A stretch of DNA of 64,000 nucleotides from assembly GCA_902604715.1 (NCBI GenBank), contig CACLAD010000002.1, forward strand, positions 8,963-72,962, given 5' to 3'. The translations under genes were made by a program, and so were the position numbers. This document shows positions 1-8,353 of the stretch, piece after piece. How positions within the stretch are numbered: the stretch's first letter is position 1; each line of letters starts with the position of its first letter. The DNA comes from an uncultured Bacteroidota bacterium. Lineage in GTDB: Bacteria > Bacteroidota > Bacteroidia > Flavobacteriales > Flavobacteriaceae. Under the pieces are notes generated by a model. It searched no databases, was not told the DNA's origin, and saw only the letters and a program-made list of their open reading frames with translations.

Positions 1-111
1 ATTTCAAAAGCCCCATATGTTTTAAAAATGGTAGAATTTGAAGAGGATAGCTATATAAATACGTTAAGAGAGAAATTGATGTGGGGTAAAGACAAAAGAA
101 CCGAACAATAA
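1..111 (+). CDS. nadK: 3' end of NAD kinase-like gene (partial, runs off the left edge)
   Basis: Frame 1 is open from base 1 to TAA at 109-111. The tail ...YINTLREKLMWGKDKRTEQ resembles flavobacterial NAD kinase C-termini. Its position upstream of DUF6089-uppS-bamA matches the usual flavobacterial synteny. Confidence 0.5.
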   Translation: MSKAPYVLKMVEFEEDSYINTLREKLMWGKDKRTEQ

Positions 112-150
112 ATTAATAAGATTATAGTTTATGTTTAAAACGGAAATATT

Positions 151-843
151 TTGAACAATTGGTGTGTTAAAATAATAGTTATATTTCTTATTACTCAGTT
201 TTCTTTTTCTCAGATTTATGAAGTAGGAGTTTCTTACGGGAAGTCAAATTTTATCGGAGATGTAGGCAATACTAATTTCATTGATCCTAAAGATGATACA
301 TTTGGTGCGATTATAAAATGGAATCGAAGCCCAAGACACTCATACAGAATAACTTATTTTAGATCTGCACTTTCAGCTGATGATTTAGAATCTAAAGACC
401 CCAGGAGAATTGAAAGGGGATATAATTTTGAGTCTCCAATTAATGAATTATCATTAGGAATGGAATTTAATTTTTTAGATTTTGATCTTCACGATTTTGA
501 TATTTTATTTTCTCCCTATATTTTCTCTGGAATTTCTTACGTGACCTTTAATGAGCAGTTACTTTTAAATGGGGCACTAAATAATACAGGTAAACAACAG
601 TCTACATTTGCAATCCCAATGGTTGTAGGATTAAAACATAGATTTTATGATAATCTGATTTTATCGATGGAAATTGGAGCTAGATACACCTTCTCTGATA
701 AAATTGACGGAAATATTATGATAAGCGATGATTTAAATTATAACTTTGGTAATATAAATAACAAAGATTGGTATATGTTTTCAAACTTTAGTTTAACATA
801 TACTTTTGGAAGAAATCCATGTTATTGTAATATTGGACAATGA
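151..843 (+). CDS. DUF6089-family outer membrane beta-barrel protein
   Basis: 230 aa with a signal-like N-terminus ending FSFSQ and alternating beta-strand pattern (YEVGVSYGKSNFIGDVGN...). The last strand FSLTYTF is followed by a short CYC tail. TTG start. The stop overlaps the uppS start (ATGA). Confidence 0.7.
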   Translation: MNNWCVKIIVIFLITQFSFSQIYEVGVSYGKSNFIGDVGNTNFIDPKDDTFGAIIKWNRSPRHSYRITYFRSALSADDLESKDPRRIERGYNFESPINELSLGMEFNFLDFDLHDFDILFSPYIFSGISYVTFNEQLLLNGALNNTGKQQSTFAIPMVVGLKHRFYDNLILSMEIGARYTFSDKIDGNIMISDDLNYNFGNINNKDWYMFSNFSLTYTFGRNPCYCNIGQ

Positions 844-1577
844 GTTTTGAAAAAATAGATAAAAACAATATTCCTCATCACATAGCGGTAATTATGGATG
901 GTAATGGCAGATGGGCAAAAAAAAGAGGTATGAGTAGGGAATATGGACATCGTGCTGGAAGAAAATCTGTTAAAAAAATTATTGAATCATGTATTGAATT
1001 AGGTATTAAAAACTTAACACTCTACGCTTTTTCAACCGAAAATTGGAATAGACCTAAAATAGAAATTGATTTCCTTATGCAACTATTACTTTTATCACTC
1101 AAGGGGGAATTAAAAAATTTGAATAAAAATAATATTAAGTTCGATACTATTGGAAATCTAAAAAGACTACCAAAGAAAATCAGTAATTACCTAGAAAAGG
1201 TAAAATTAGAGACAAAAGAAAATTCAAAATTGACTTTAACCTTAGCTTTAAGTTACGGAAGCAGAAATGAAATAATAAATGTCGTTAGAGAGATATCGGA
1301 TAAAGTTAAAAATAATATAATTTCTCCAAAAAATATTGATGAAACCGTAATAAATGACCATCTTTACACCTGTAATTTGCCAGATGTTGATTTATTGATT
1401 AGAACGAGTGGTGAAAAAAGAATTAGTAACTTTCTACTTTGGCAAATTGCATACTCTGAGCTGTATTTTACAAAAAAATTATGGCCAGACTTTAGAAAAA
1501 AAGATTTATATAAGGCTATAGTTAGCTATCAAAATAGGGAAAGAAGATTTGGAAAAACCAGTGAACAGATTAAATAA
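840..1577 (+). CDS. uppS: Undecaprenyl diphosphate synthase (isoprenyl transferase)
   Basis: Motifs HIAVIMDGNGRWA and RTSGEKRISNFLLWQIAYSELYF. 245 aa. Confidence 0.95.
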   Translation: MSFEKIDKNNIPHHIAVIMDGNGRWAKKRGMSREYGHRAGRKSVKKIIESCIELGIKNLTLYAFSTENWNRPKIEIDFLMQLLLLSLKGELKNLNKNNIKFDTIGNLKRLPKKISNYLEKVKLETKENSKLTLTLALSYGSRNEIINVVREISDKVKNNIISPKNIDETVINDHLYTCNLPDVDLLIRTSGEKRISNFLLWQIAYSELYFTKKLWPDFRKKDLYKAIVSYQNRERRFGKTSEQIK

Positions 1578-4149
1578 TACTGATATACTGAATAAAAAGT
1601 TCTCACTTGCAGCTTACTTTGTACTGCTTCCGCTAATCTTCTTTTTATCAATATCATCATATTCTCAAAATAATGTTGAAAGGTATAATATAGGTAAAAT
1701 TGAAGTTACAGGAAATACATCATTTAGCCCTATTACTATAGTTACTTTTTCCGGATTAAGGGAGGGTGATGCCATAAGTATTCCAGGTGAGAAATTGAGT
1801 AATGCTATAAAAAAACTGTGGGGCTCTAACCTATTTAGTTCTGTGGATATTTATAAGACCAAGGTTGAAGATGGTATAATTGACCTTGAAATAGAATTAT
1901 ATGATCTTCCAGAATTGACAGAATTGACAGTTACAGGGGTTAAAAAAAGAAAAATTGAAGAAATAATAAAAGAAAATAAACTTCAAACTGGAGTAAAGGT
2001 TACCGAAAACTTAATTACCACTACAAAAAATTATTTAGAAAATAAATACAAAAAGAAGGGATTTCTTAATGCAAAAGTTATCATAAAAACTGCAGAAGTA
2101 GTGGACTCTTCAAAAAAATCTAAAGTTAAAATGACATTAGATATTGTAAAGGGTAATAAAATCAAGATAAACGAAATTAACTTTGACGGAATTAGCATGC
2201 TCAAGGCAAAAACTCTTGAAAAAGCTATGAAAAATACTAAAAGAAGAAAATTTTACAGAATTTTTAAGAGGTCAAAATATGTTCCAGATGATTTTAAAGA
2301 AGATCTTTCTAGCCTAGTAGATAAGTACAAAGAAAACGGGTATAGAGATGCAAGAATAATTTCAGACACAATTTTAAAAAATGATGATAAGCAAATTGAC
2401 GTATCCATCTCACTAATTGAGGGTTCAAAGTATACTTTTGGAAAAATACAATATCTAGGTAATAGTGTATATACAAATCAACAACTAAATCAAATTTTAA
2501 AAATTAAACAAGGAGACACATATAATGGCGTAGAATTAGAAAAAAGAATTGCAGATAGATCTGATCCTGATGCTGATGATTTAAGTAATCTTTATCAAAA
2601 TAATGGGTATTTATTTTCATCAATCACGCCTGTTGAAGTAAACGCAGACGGAAATATAATTGATTTAGAAATTAGAATTAACGAGGGAAAGCCTGCATAC
2701 TTTAACAAGATTTCTGTTGTTGGAAATAATAAGACTAATGATCATGTGATTTATAGAGAAATAAGAACAAGGCCAGGTCAGTTATATAGTAAAGCCAACG
2801 TATTTAGATCATTAAGAGAGCTTGGTCAATTAGGATTTTTTGATCCTCAATTAATTTCACCTGATTTTAAAAATATTAACCCCAATGATGGGACAGTTGA
2901 TCTTGAATACACTCTTGTAGAAACCGGTTCAAGTCAAATTGAACTGCAAGGTGGTTATGGCGGTGGTGGATTTATAGGTACTATTGGACTTTCATTTAAT
3001 AATTTCTCGATTAAAGACATTTTCAAAAAAGAAGCATATACCCCAATCCCTATGGGTGATGGTCAAAGATTAGCCTTGAGATTACAAGCAAGTAGATTTT
3101 ATACTGTAAACAGCTTCAATTTTACAGAACCCTGGCTAGGTGGTAAAAGACCTGTTCAATTTTCTGTTCAATTATCTCAAACAAAGCAGTTCATGTTTAA
3201 TCCTTACAATTATACTGCTGATAAATCCAGATACTTCAACATTTCAGGAATATCTGTAGGTTTAGCAAAAAGACTTACAGTTCCAGATGATTATTTTACC
3301 CTATCTCAATTCATTGGATTTCAGTATTATGATTTGAATGATTATAATACAGGACTTTTTACTTTTGGTAATGGCTCATCTAACAATTTATCTTATACTG
3401 TTGCTTTAAGCAGAAATAACACATACACTGATCCAATTTATCCGACTGGAGGTTCAAACTTTACTCTATCTGCTAAACTTACTTTTCCCTACTCAGCATT
3501 TAATGATGTTGATTATAAAGCTTTAAAAGATGAAAGAGATGATCTTGTAGATCAACTAGGGGTAGATCCTACTAATACATCCGCTGGGGATAGGATAGCT
3601 GAGATTGATCAAGAAAGATACAAATGGCTTGAATTTTATAAAATTAAATTCAAGGGTGAGTGGTTTACAGCTCTTACCAAGAAACTAGTTTTAAGGCCTG
3701 CCTTTGAATTTGGTTTCCTTGGAGCTTATAACAATGATAGGGGTGTAATTCCTTTTGAAAGATTTTTTCTAGGCGGAGATGGAATGGGAATGTATAATCT
3801 TGATGGTAGAGAAAATATTCCCTTGAGAGGTTATCCAAATCAGTCATTATCAGCACAAGACGGAGGATCAATTTATAATAAATATTCACTAGAATTAAGA
3901 TATCCAATAAGTCTTGGTGAACAAGCAAAAATATTTGCATTAACATTTTTAGAAGGTGGATCATCATACAATAGTTTTAGAGATTTCGACCCATTCTTAT
4001 TAAAAAGGTCTGCTGGAATTGGTGTTCGTTTATTTATGCCTCAGTTCGGACTTTTAGGAATAGATTTTGGACACGGTTTTGATCCTGTTCCAGGACAGTC
4101 ATCAAAACATGGCTGGGAAACACACTTTATATTTGGTCAAAACTTTTAA
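1549..4149 (+). CDS. bamA: Outer membrane protein assembly factor BamA
   Basis: 866 aa. A hydrophobic signal is followed by POTRA-like repeats and a C-terminal barrel ending HFIFGQNF. Conserved position after uppS. The TTG start at 1549 overlaps uppS by 29 nt, so the exact start is uncertain. Confidence 0.9.
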   Translation: MEKPVNRLNNTDILNKKFSLAAYFVLLPLIFFLSISSYSQNNVERYNIGKIEVTGNTSFSPITIVTFSGLREGDAISIPGEKLSNAIKKLWGSNLFSSVDIYKTKVEDGIIDLEIELYDLPELTELTVTGVKKRKIEEIIKENKLQTGVKVTENLITTTKNYLENKYKKKGFLNAKVIIKTAEVVDSSKKSKVKMTLDIVKGNKIKINEINFDGISMLKAKTLEKAMKNTKRRKFYRIFKRSKYVPDDFKEDLSSLVDKYKENGYRDARIISDTILKNDDKQIDVSISLIEGSKYTFGKIQYLGNSVYTNQQLNQILKIKQGDTYNGVELEKRIADRSDPDADDLSNLYQNNGYLFSSITPVEVNADGNIIDLEIRINEGKPAYFNKISVVGNNKTNDHVIYREIRTRPGQLYSKANVFRSLRELGQLGFFDPQLISPDFKNINPNDGTVDLEYTLVETGSSQIELQGGYGGGGFIGTIGLSFNNFSIKDIFKKEAYTPIPMGDGQRLALRLQASRFYTVNSFNFTEPWLGGKRPVQFSVQLSQTKQFMFNPYNYTADKSRYFNISGISVGLAKRLTVPDDYFTLSQFIGFQYYDLNDYNTGLFTFGNGSSNNLSYTVALSRNNTYTDPIYPTGGSNFTLSAKLTFPYSAFNDVDYKALKDERDDLVDQLGVDPTNTSAGDRIAEIDQERYKWLEFYKIKFKGEWFTALTKKLVLRPAFEFGFLGAYNNDRGVIPFERFFLGGDGMGMYNLDGRENIPLRGYPNQSLSAQDGGSIYNKYSLELRYPISLGEQAKIFALTFLEGGSSYNSFRDFDPFLLKRSAGIGVRLFMPQFGLLGIDFGHGFDPVPGQSSKHGWETHFIFGQNF

Positions 4150-4185
4150 TAAAATATTTGAACTATTTTTACGTTCTAATTTATC

Positions 4186-4920
4186 ATGAAAAAGAACTAT
4201 TTTTTTATTTTGCTGTTTTTAGTCACATTCATTGTAAGTGCGCAAAGGAGTGTTAAAATAGGCTATATTGATACGGAATACATACTAGAAAATCTACCAG
4301 AATATAATCAAGTTTCAGAAAGATTAGAAGAAAAAGCAGCTGGTTGGAAAAAGGAAATCGAAGATAGAGCAAGAAAAATTGACCAAAAAAAAGAAGCATT
4401 AAATTCAGAAAGAATTCTGTTGACAAATGAAATGATTGATGAAATTGAAGAAGAGATTACCCTTGACGAAGAAGAGTTATCTGAATACCAGCAAAAAAGA
4501 TTTGGTCCAAGGGGTGACCTGATAATACAAAAACAACAACTGATTCAACCTATTCAAGATCAAATATTTAATGCAATAAGGGAATTAGCAGAATCTAAAA
4601 ATTACGACTTTATTTTTGATAAATCAGCTGATATTGTAATGCTTTATTCCGACAAAAGATTTGATGTTAGTGAACAGATACTGAGAACAATTTCTAGAGC
4701 GAATAACAGAAAAAAACTTGACTCAAGAAAAGATAAAAGAGAAATTGAAAATCAAAGTCTAATTGATGATGAATCAGATTTAATTTCAGATTTAGAAAAT
4801 AAAGAAAAAGAAAATAATAAAGAGGAAAGTAATGAGAAGCAAACAAAAAAATTAACTGTCAAAGAATTACTTGAACAAAGAAAACAAAAAAATAGTAATA
4901 CAAGAAAAGTAAAAGATTAG
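4186..4920 (+). CDS. OmpH/Skp-family periplasmic chaperone (long form with K/E-rich tail)
   Basis: Signal peptide MKKNYFFILLFLVTFIVSAQ, a KIGYIDTEYIL start to the Skp fold, and coiled-coil-rich composition. Sits directly after bamA. Confidence 0.85.
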   Translation: MKKNYFFILLFLVTFIVSAQRSVKIGYIDTEYILENLPEYNQVSERLEEKAAGWKKEIEDRARKIDQKKEALNSERILLTNEMIDEIEEEITLDEEELSEYQQKRFGPRGDLIIQKQQLIQPIQDQIFNAIRELAESKNYDFIFDKSADIVMLYSDKRFDVSEQILRTISRANNRKKLDSRKDKREIENQSLIDDESDLISDLENKEKENNKEESNEKQTKKLTVKELLEQRKQKNSNTRKVKD

Positions 4921-4962
4921 TACCTTTACTTTCATTAAAAATAAAAATACAAAATATTGATT

Positions 4963-5466
4963 ATGAAAAAGATTAAAATATCACTGTTAATTTTACTTTT
5001 TGCAATTAGTTTTTCTGCAAATGCACAATCAAAAGTTGCTCACATTAATACAACTGAGCTGGTAGCTTCAATGCCGGAAATGAATGATGCAAAAGCTGAA
5101 TTAGAAAAACTTGCAAAAACATATGAGACTGATATTCAAACAATGGCTGCAGAACTACAAAGTAAAGTAAAACAATATGATACAGAAGCTGCAACACAAA
5201 CTGATGAAGAAAACGCCAAAAGACTTCAAGAAGTTCAAGGAATGGAGCAAAGTATTAGACAATATCAAGCTCAGGCACAACAAGAATTGCAAAAAAAGGA
5301 GTTCGATCTTTTAAAGCCAATCACTGAAAAAGCTCAAGCTGCAATTAATAAGGTTGCTGAAGCTCTTGGGTTTGATTATGTTTTAGACTCCACTCAAGGA
5401 CAAGGAGTTATTGTTGCAAAAGGTACCGATTTAACGGAAGAAGTTAAAAAAGAACTTGGATTCTAA
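4963..5466 (+). CDS. OmpH/Skp-family periplasmic chaperone
   Basis: Signal peptide ...FSANAQ, VAHINTTELVASMPE, Q/E/K coiled-coil. The track ORF begins at TTG 4957; the ATG at 4963 (MKKIKISLL) is more likely. Confidence 0.85.
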   Translation: MKKIKISLLILLFAISFSANAQSKVAHINTTELVASMPEMNDAKAELEKLAKTYETDIQTMAAELQSKVKQYDTEAATQTDEENAKRLQEVQGMEQSIRQYQAQAQQELQKKEFDLLKPITEKAQAAINKVAEALGFDYVLDSTQGQGVIVAKGTDLTEEVKKELGF

Positions 5467-5487
5467 ATATTAGGTTATCAAGAATTT

Positions 5488-5518
5488 AAAGCTGTCTAAA
5501 TTAGACAGCTTTTTTTTT
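5488..5518 (+). terminator. Rho-independent terminator after the second skp gene
   Basis: Stem AAAGCTGTCTA / TAGACAGCTTT with a 3-nt loop, followed by a run of 8-9 T. Confidence 0.8.
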
Positions 5519-5525
5519 AAAGGCT

Positions 5526-6302
5526 ATGAAAAATCCTATTGGTATATTTGATTCGGGTATTGGCGGTATTTCAATTTTAGAAAAATTAAAACAGTTATTA
5601 CCAAATGAAAATTTTATCTATCTCGCTGATAATCGAAATTGTCCATATGGGAGTAAATCTAAAAAAGAGATAATTTCACTTAGCAATAAGAATTGTCAAA
5701 AATTAATTGAACTTAATAGTAAAATTATAATTATTGCCTGTAATACATCCACAACGAATTCAATTAAGAAACTCAGAGAGATAATTGATATTCCAATAAT
5801 AGGTATTGAGCCAGGATTAAAGCCTGCGATTCAATATACAAAAACAAAAAATATTGGAATTTTGGCTACCGAAAAAACACTTGGAAGTAAGCTTTTTTTT
5901 AAAACTTTAAATCAGAATAGAATTGATGATATTCATATTCATGAACAAATTGGTTATGAATTAGTTAATTTGATAGAAGAAGGTTCATATTCAAAGCAAA
6001 ATCTTTACAAAATATTGGAAAAATATTTAGTACCAATGATTAATAAAAAGATTGATTGCCTTCTTTTGGGGTGTACTCATTATAATCATATAAGAGATAT
6101 AATTGAAGAAATAATCCCTGTAGATATAAAAATCGTTGATACTGTAGCCCCGGTAAATAAACGTGTTTTGAACATACTTAAATCCAATAACATACTAAAT
6201 AAATCCACTAATAAAAGAACTATTAAAATATACTATAATGGAAAGAAATTATCTGGTAATTATCTAGATCAAGAATATTATTTAAAATATTTAGAATTTT
6301 AA
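5526..6302 (+). CDS. murI: Glutamate racemase
   Basis: Motifs GIFDSGIGG, IIIACNTS and LLGCTHY. 258 aa. Confidence 0.92.
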   Translation: MKNPIGIFDSGIGGISILEKLKQLLPNENFIYLADNRNCPYGSKSKKEIISLSNKNCQKLIELNSKIIIIACNTSTTNSIKKLREIIDIPIIGIEPGLKPAIQYTKTKNIGILATEKTLGSKLFFKTLNQNRIDDIHIHEQIGYELVNLIEEGSYSKQNLYKILEKYLVPMINKKIDCLLLGCTHYNHIRDIIEEIIPVDIKIVDTVAPVNKRVLNILKSNNILNKSTNKRTIKIYYNGKKLSGNYLDQEYYLKYLEF

Positions 6303-6303
6303 A

Positions 6304-7326
6304 TTATTTAAGCCAAGGACACTCACAATCATATCTCTGTTTACGACAACCAAAATTAAAACCTAAGGTAATTTGATGGTATCCTCCATTATCAAAAACA
6401 ACAGAATTGGATTGATAAGAATAAGTGTATGCAAACACAAAATTATCAAATTGTAATCCTACAAGTGGAGTAATATATTGAAGCTTTTGAGTTTTTATTT
6501 GATCCTGAGAATTTATATACTCTGCACCATCAAAACTATTTCTGTAAGATAAACCCGCCCATAACCTTCCGAAATCAGTTTCTCTGTAAACTTTAAGATT
6601 TACATCAGCAAAAGTTTCTTTGGTGGCGTCTTTATGAGCAAACATTAAAGAGGGCTCAAAATTCCAATTATTTGAAGAATCAGAAAACAAATAACCGGTT
6701 GAAAAAAGATAAGTTCTCAGATTATTATAGCTTAGACCCTGCTCATTAAAGTTGATTCCGTCATTATTTAATAAATTTTTAACAGAAGCATGTGCATAAA
6801 AATCTAAGTATTGATAGGAAAATCCAAAATCGATATTAAAGTCTGTTGCACTTTGTTCAAAACCGGAAATCAGAGGATCAAAGCCTCCAGCTAAAAAGGC
6901 TGATTCATCAAGCTTATATTGAATCATACCTGCACTAAGTCCAAAAGACAACATGTCTAAATCCAACTCACTTCTAGAAAACATAATATGATGTGCATAA
7001 GTAATATATGCTCCAGATTGTGAGTGATATCCGTTTTGATCTTTAAATGCAATGGTTCCAAGAGCAGATTTTGAATCTCCTAGCCTTCCGTTAATACTTA
7101 CGGTTTGTAAATTTGGGGCTTCATCCTGGTCCATCCATTGCTTTCTTCCTGTAAATCTAACTTTGGTGCAATTTGCAGCTCCTGCCATAGACGGAAATAA
7201 AAGGTAATAATTATCTGTAAGGTAATCAGAGTAGATTGGTAATCCTTCCTGAGAATAAGATTTTGTATTAAAAATTAAAAATACAATAAATGATAAGATT
7301 AATAAGTTAGCCCTCATTTGTTTCAT
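6304..7326 (-). CDS. PorP/SprF-family type IX secretion system membrane protein
   Basis: Signal peptide, then the family pattern (YSDYLTDNYYLLFPSMAGA ... FTGRKQWMDQDEAPNLQTVSINGR ... barrel strands). The track ORF extends to 7371, but ATG 7326 (MKQMRANLL...) lies downstream of a -7 promoter box at 7369-7376. Confidence 0.8.
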   Translation of the reverse strand: MKQMRANLLILSFIVFLIFNTKSYSQEGLPIYSDYLTDNYYLLFPSMAGAANCTKVRFTGRKQWMDQDEAPNLQTVSINGRLGDSKSALGTIAFKDQNGYHSQSGAYITYAHHIMFSRSELDLDMLSFGLSAGMIQYKLDESAFLAGGFDPLISGFEQSATDFNIDFGFSYQYLDFYAHASVKNLLNNDGINFNEQGLSYNNLRTYLFSTGYLFSDSSNNWNFEPSLMFAHKDATKETFADVNLKVYRETDFGRLWAGLSYRNSFDGAEYINSQDQIKTQKLQYITPLVGLQFDNFVFAYTYSYQSNSVVFDNGGYHQITLGFNFGCRKQRYDCECPWLK

Positions 7327-7368
7327 ATTACAAGCATCAATTACTATACCGTTAGGATACAAGACGGT

Positions 7369-7376
7369 CAAATATA
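7369..7376 (-). promoter_or_regulatory. Bacteroidota sigma-A -7 box (TATATTTG on the minus strand) for the PorP/SprF gene
   Basis: Exact TAnnTTTG match 43 nt upstream of ATG 7326. It overlaps the longest-ORF start codon (7369-7371). Confidence 0.5.
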
Positions 7377-7429
7377 TAAATTTTAATAGACATATCTCAT
7401 CAATTATTTTAGTAAAGGCTCTTATTTAC

Positions 7430-7437
7430 TATTTTTG
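7430..7437 (+). promoter_or_regulatory. Bacteroidota -7 box (TATTTTTG) for the NifU-like gene
   Basis: Exact TAnnTTTG match 19 nt upstream of ATG 7456. It overlaps the TTG at 7435 used by the ORF track. Confidence 0.5.
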
Positions 7438-7455
7438 CAGAAATACTTTATAACC

Positions 7456-8325
7456 ATGAAATACATTGTTAGAGTCGAGAGAACCCAGAATAAGTTTATA
7501 AATAAATTTGAAGTTAATGAGTTTATTACAAATCATTTAAGTTTTGAATATAATAATATTGATGATGCAAAAAATTCTAAACTAGCTCAAGAATTATTTT
7601 ATTTACCTTTTGTCAAAAAAGTGTATATCACCTCTTCATTCATCTCTGTAGAAAGATTCAACATAGTTGAATGGGATGACGTAGAAGAAGAAGTGAAAAA
7701 ATTAATAGAAAACTATCTGAATAGCGGCAGAAAGGTTATCAGTGAAGCTGAAAAAAATAAAAGTAACCCCATTTCAATATATACTGAAAGTACTCCAAAT
7801 CCTGCAGTCTTAAAATTTGTTTCAAATAAATTGATTGTAGAGGATAGTTTCGAATTCAATAATATTGAGGAAGCTCAGGAAATGGAATTTGCAAAAAAAC
7901 TATTTGAATTCTCTTATATTAAAAGTATTTATATTTCGAAAAATTTTATTTCAATTACCAAATATGATATTAAAAATTGGGATGAAGTTTCGTTAGAATT
8001 GAGAAATTTTATTAAAAATTATTTAGAGAATAATATTATTATATCATCAAGTAATAAAATCGAGGTTGATAAAAATGACCTGGATGAAATATCAAAAAAA
8101 ATAGTATCTATTCTTGATGAATATATTAAACCGGCAGTAGCATCTGACGGTGGAAATATTTTGTTTGATTCTTACGATCCTGAAAAAAAAATAGTAAAGG
8201 TAATACTACAAGGCGCATGTAGTGGATGTCCTTCATCAACTGTAACTTTAAAAAATGGTATTGAAAATATGTTAAAAGAAATGCTATCAGAAAAAGTTAA
8301 TTCCGTTGAAGCAATAAACGGATAA
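7456..8325 (+). CDS. NifU-family Fe-S cluster protein (two Nfu_N-like repeats plus a NifU C-terminal domain)
   Basis: Two internally similar ~90-aa modules (..VKKVYITSSFISVERF.. and ..IKSIYISKNFISITKY..). The C-terminal part is GGNILFDSYDP...LQGACSGCPSS. Confidence 0.8.
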   Translation: MKYIVRVERTQNKFINKFEVNEFITNHLSFEYNNIDDAKNSKLAQELFYLPFVKKVYITSSFISVERFNIVEWDDVEEEVKKLIENYLNSGRKVISEAEKNKSNPISIYTESTPNPAVLKFVSNKLIVEDSFEFNNIEEAQEMEFAKKLFEFSYIKSIYISKNFISITKYDIKNWDEVSLELRNFIKNYLENNIIISSSNKIEVDKNDLDEISKKIVSILDEYIKPAVASDGGNILFDSYDPEKKIVKVILQGACSGCPSSTVTLKNGIENMLKEMLSEKVNSVEAING

Positions 8326-8340
8326 AATCTGAGCATTTTG

Positions 8341-8348
8341 TACTTTTG
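8341..8348 (+). promoter_or_regulatory. Bacteroidota -7 box (TACTTTTG) immediately upstream of the DUF255 gene
   Basis: Exact TAnnTTTG match. Its G lies only 5 nt before ATG 8354. Confidence 0.4.
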
Positions 8349-8353
8349 ATCTG

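Noticed and set aside
1549-1577. 29-nt overlap between uppS and the TTG start of bamA, considered as a possible frameshift or fusion signal.
   Set aside because: It is most simply an uncertain start codon. The region encodes the n-region before the BamA signal peptide, and no slippery sequence is evident.
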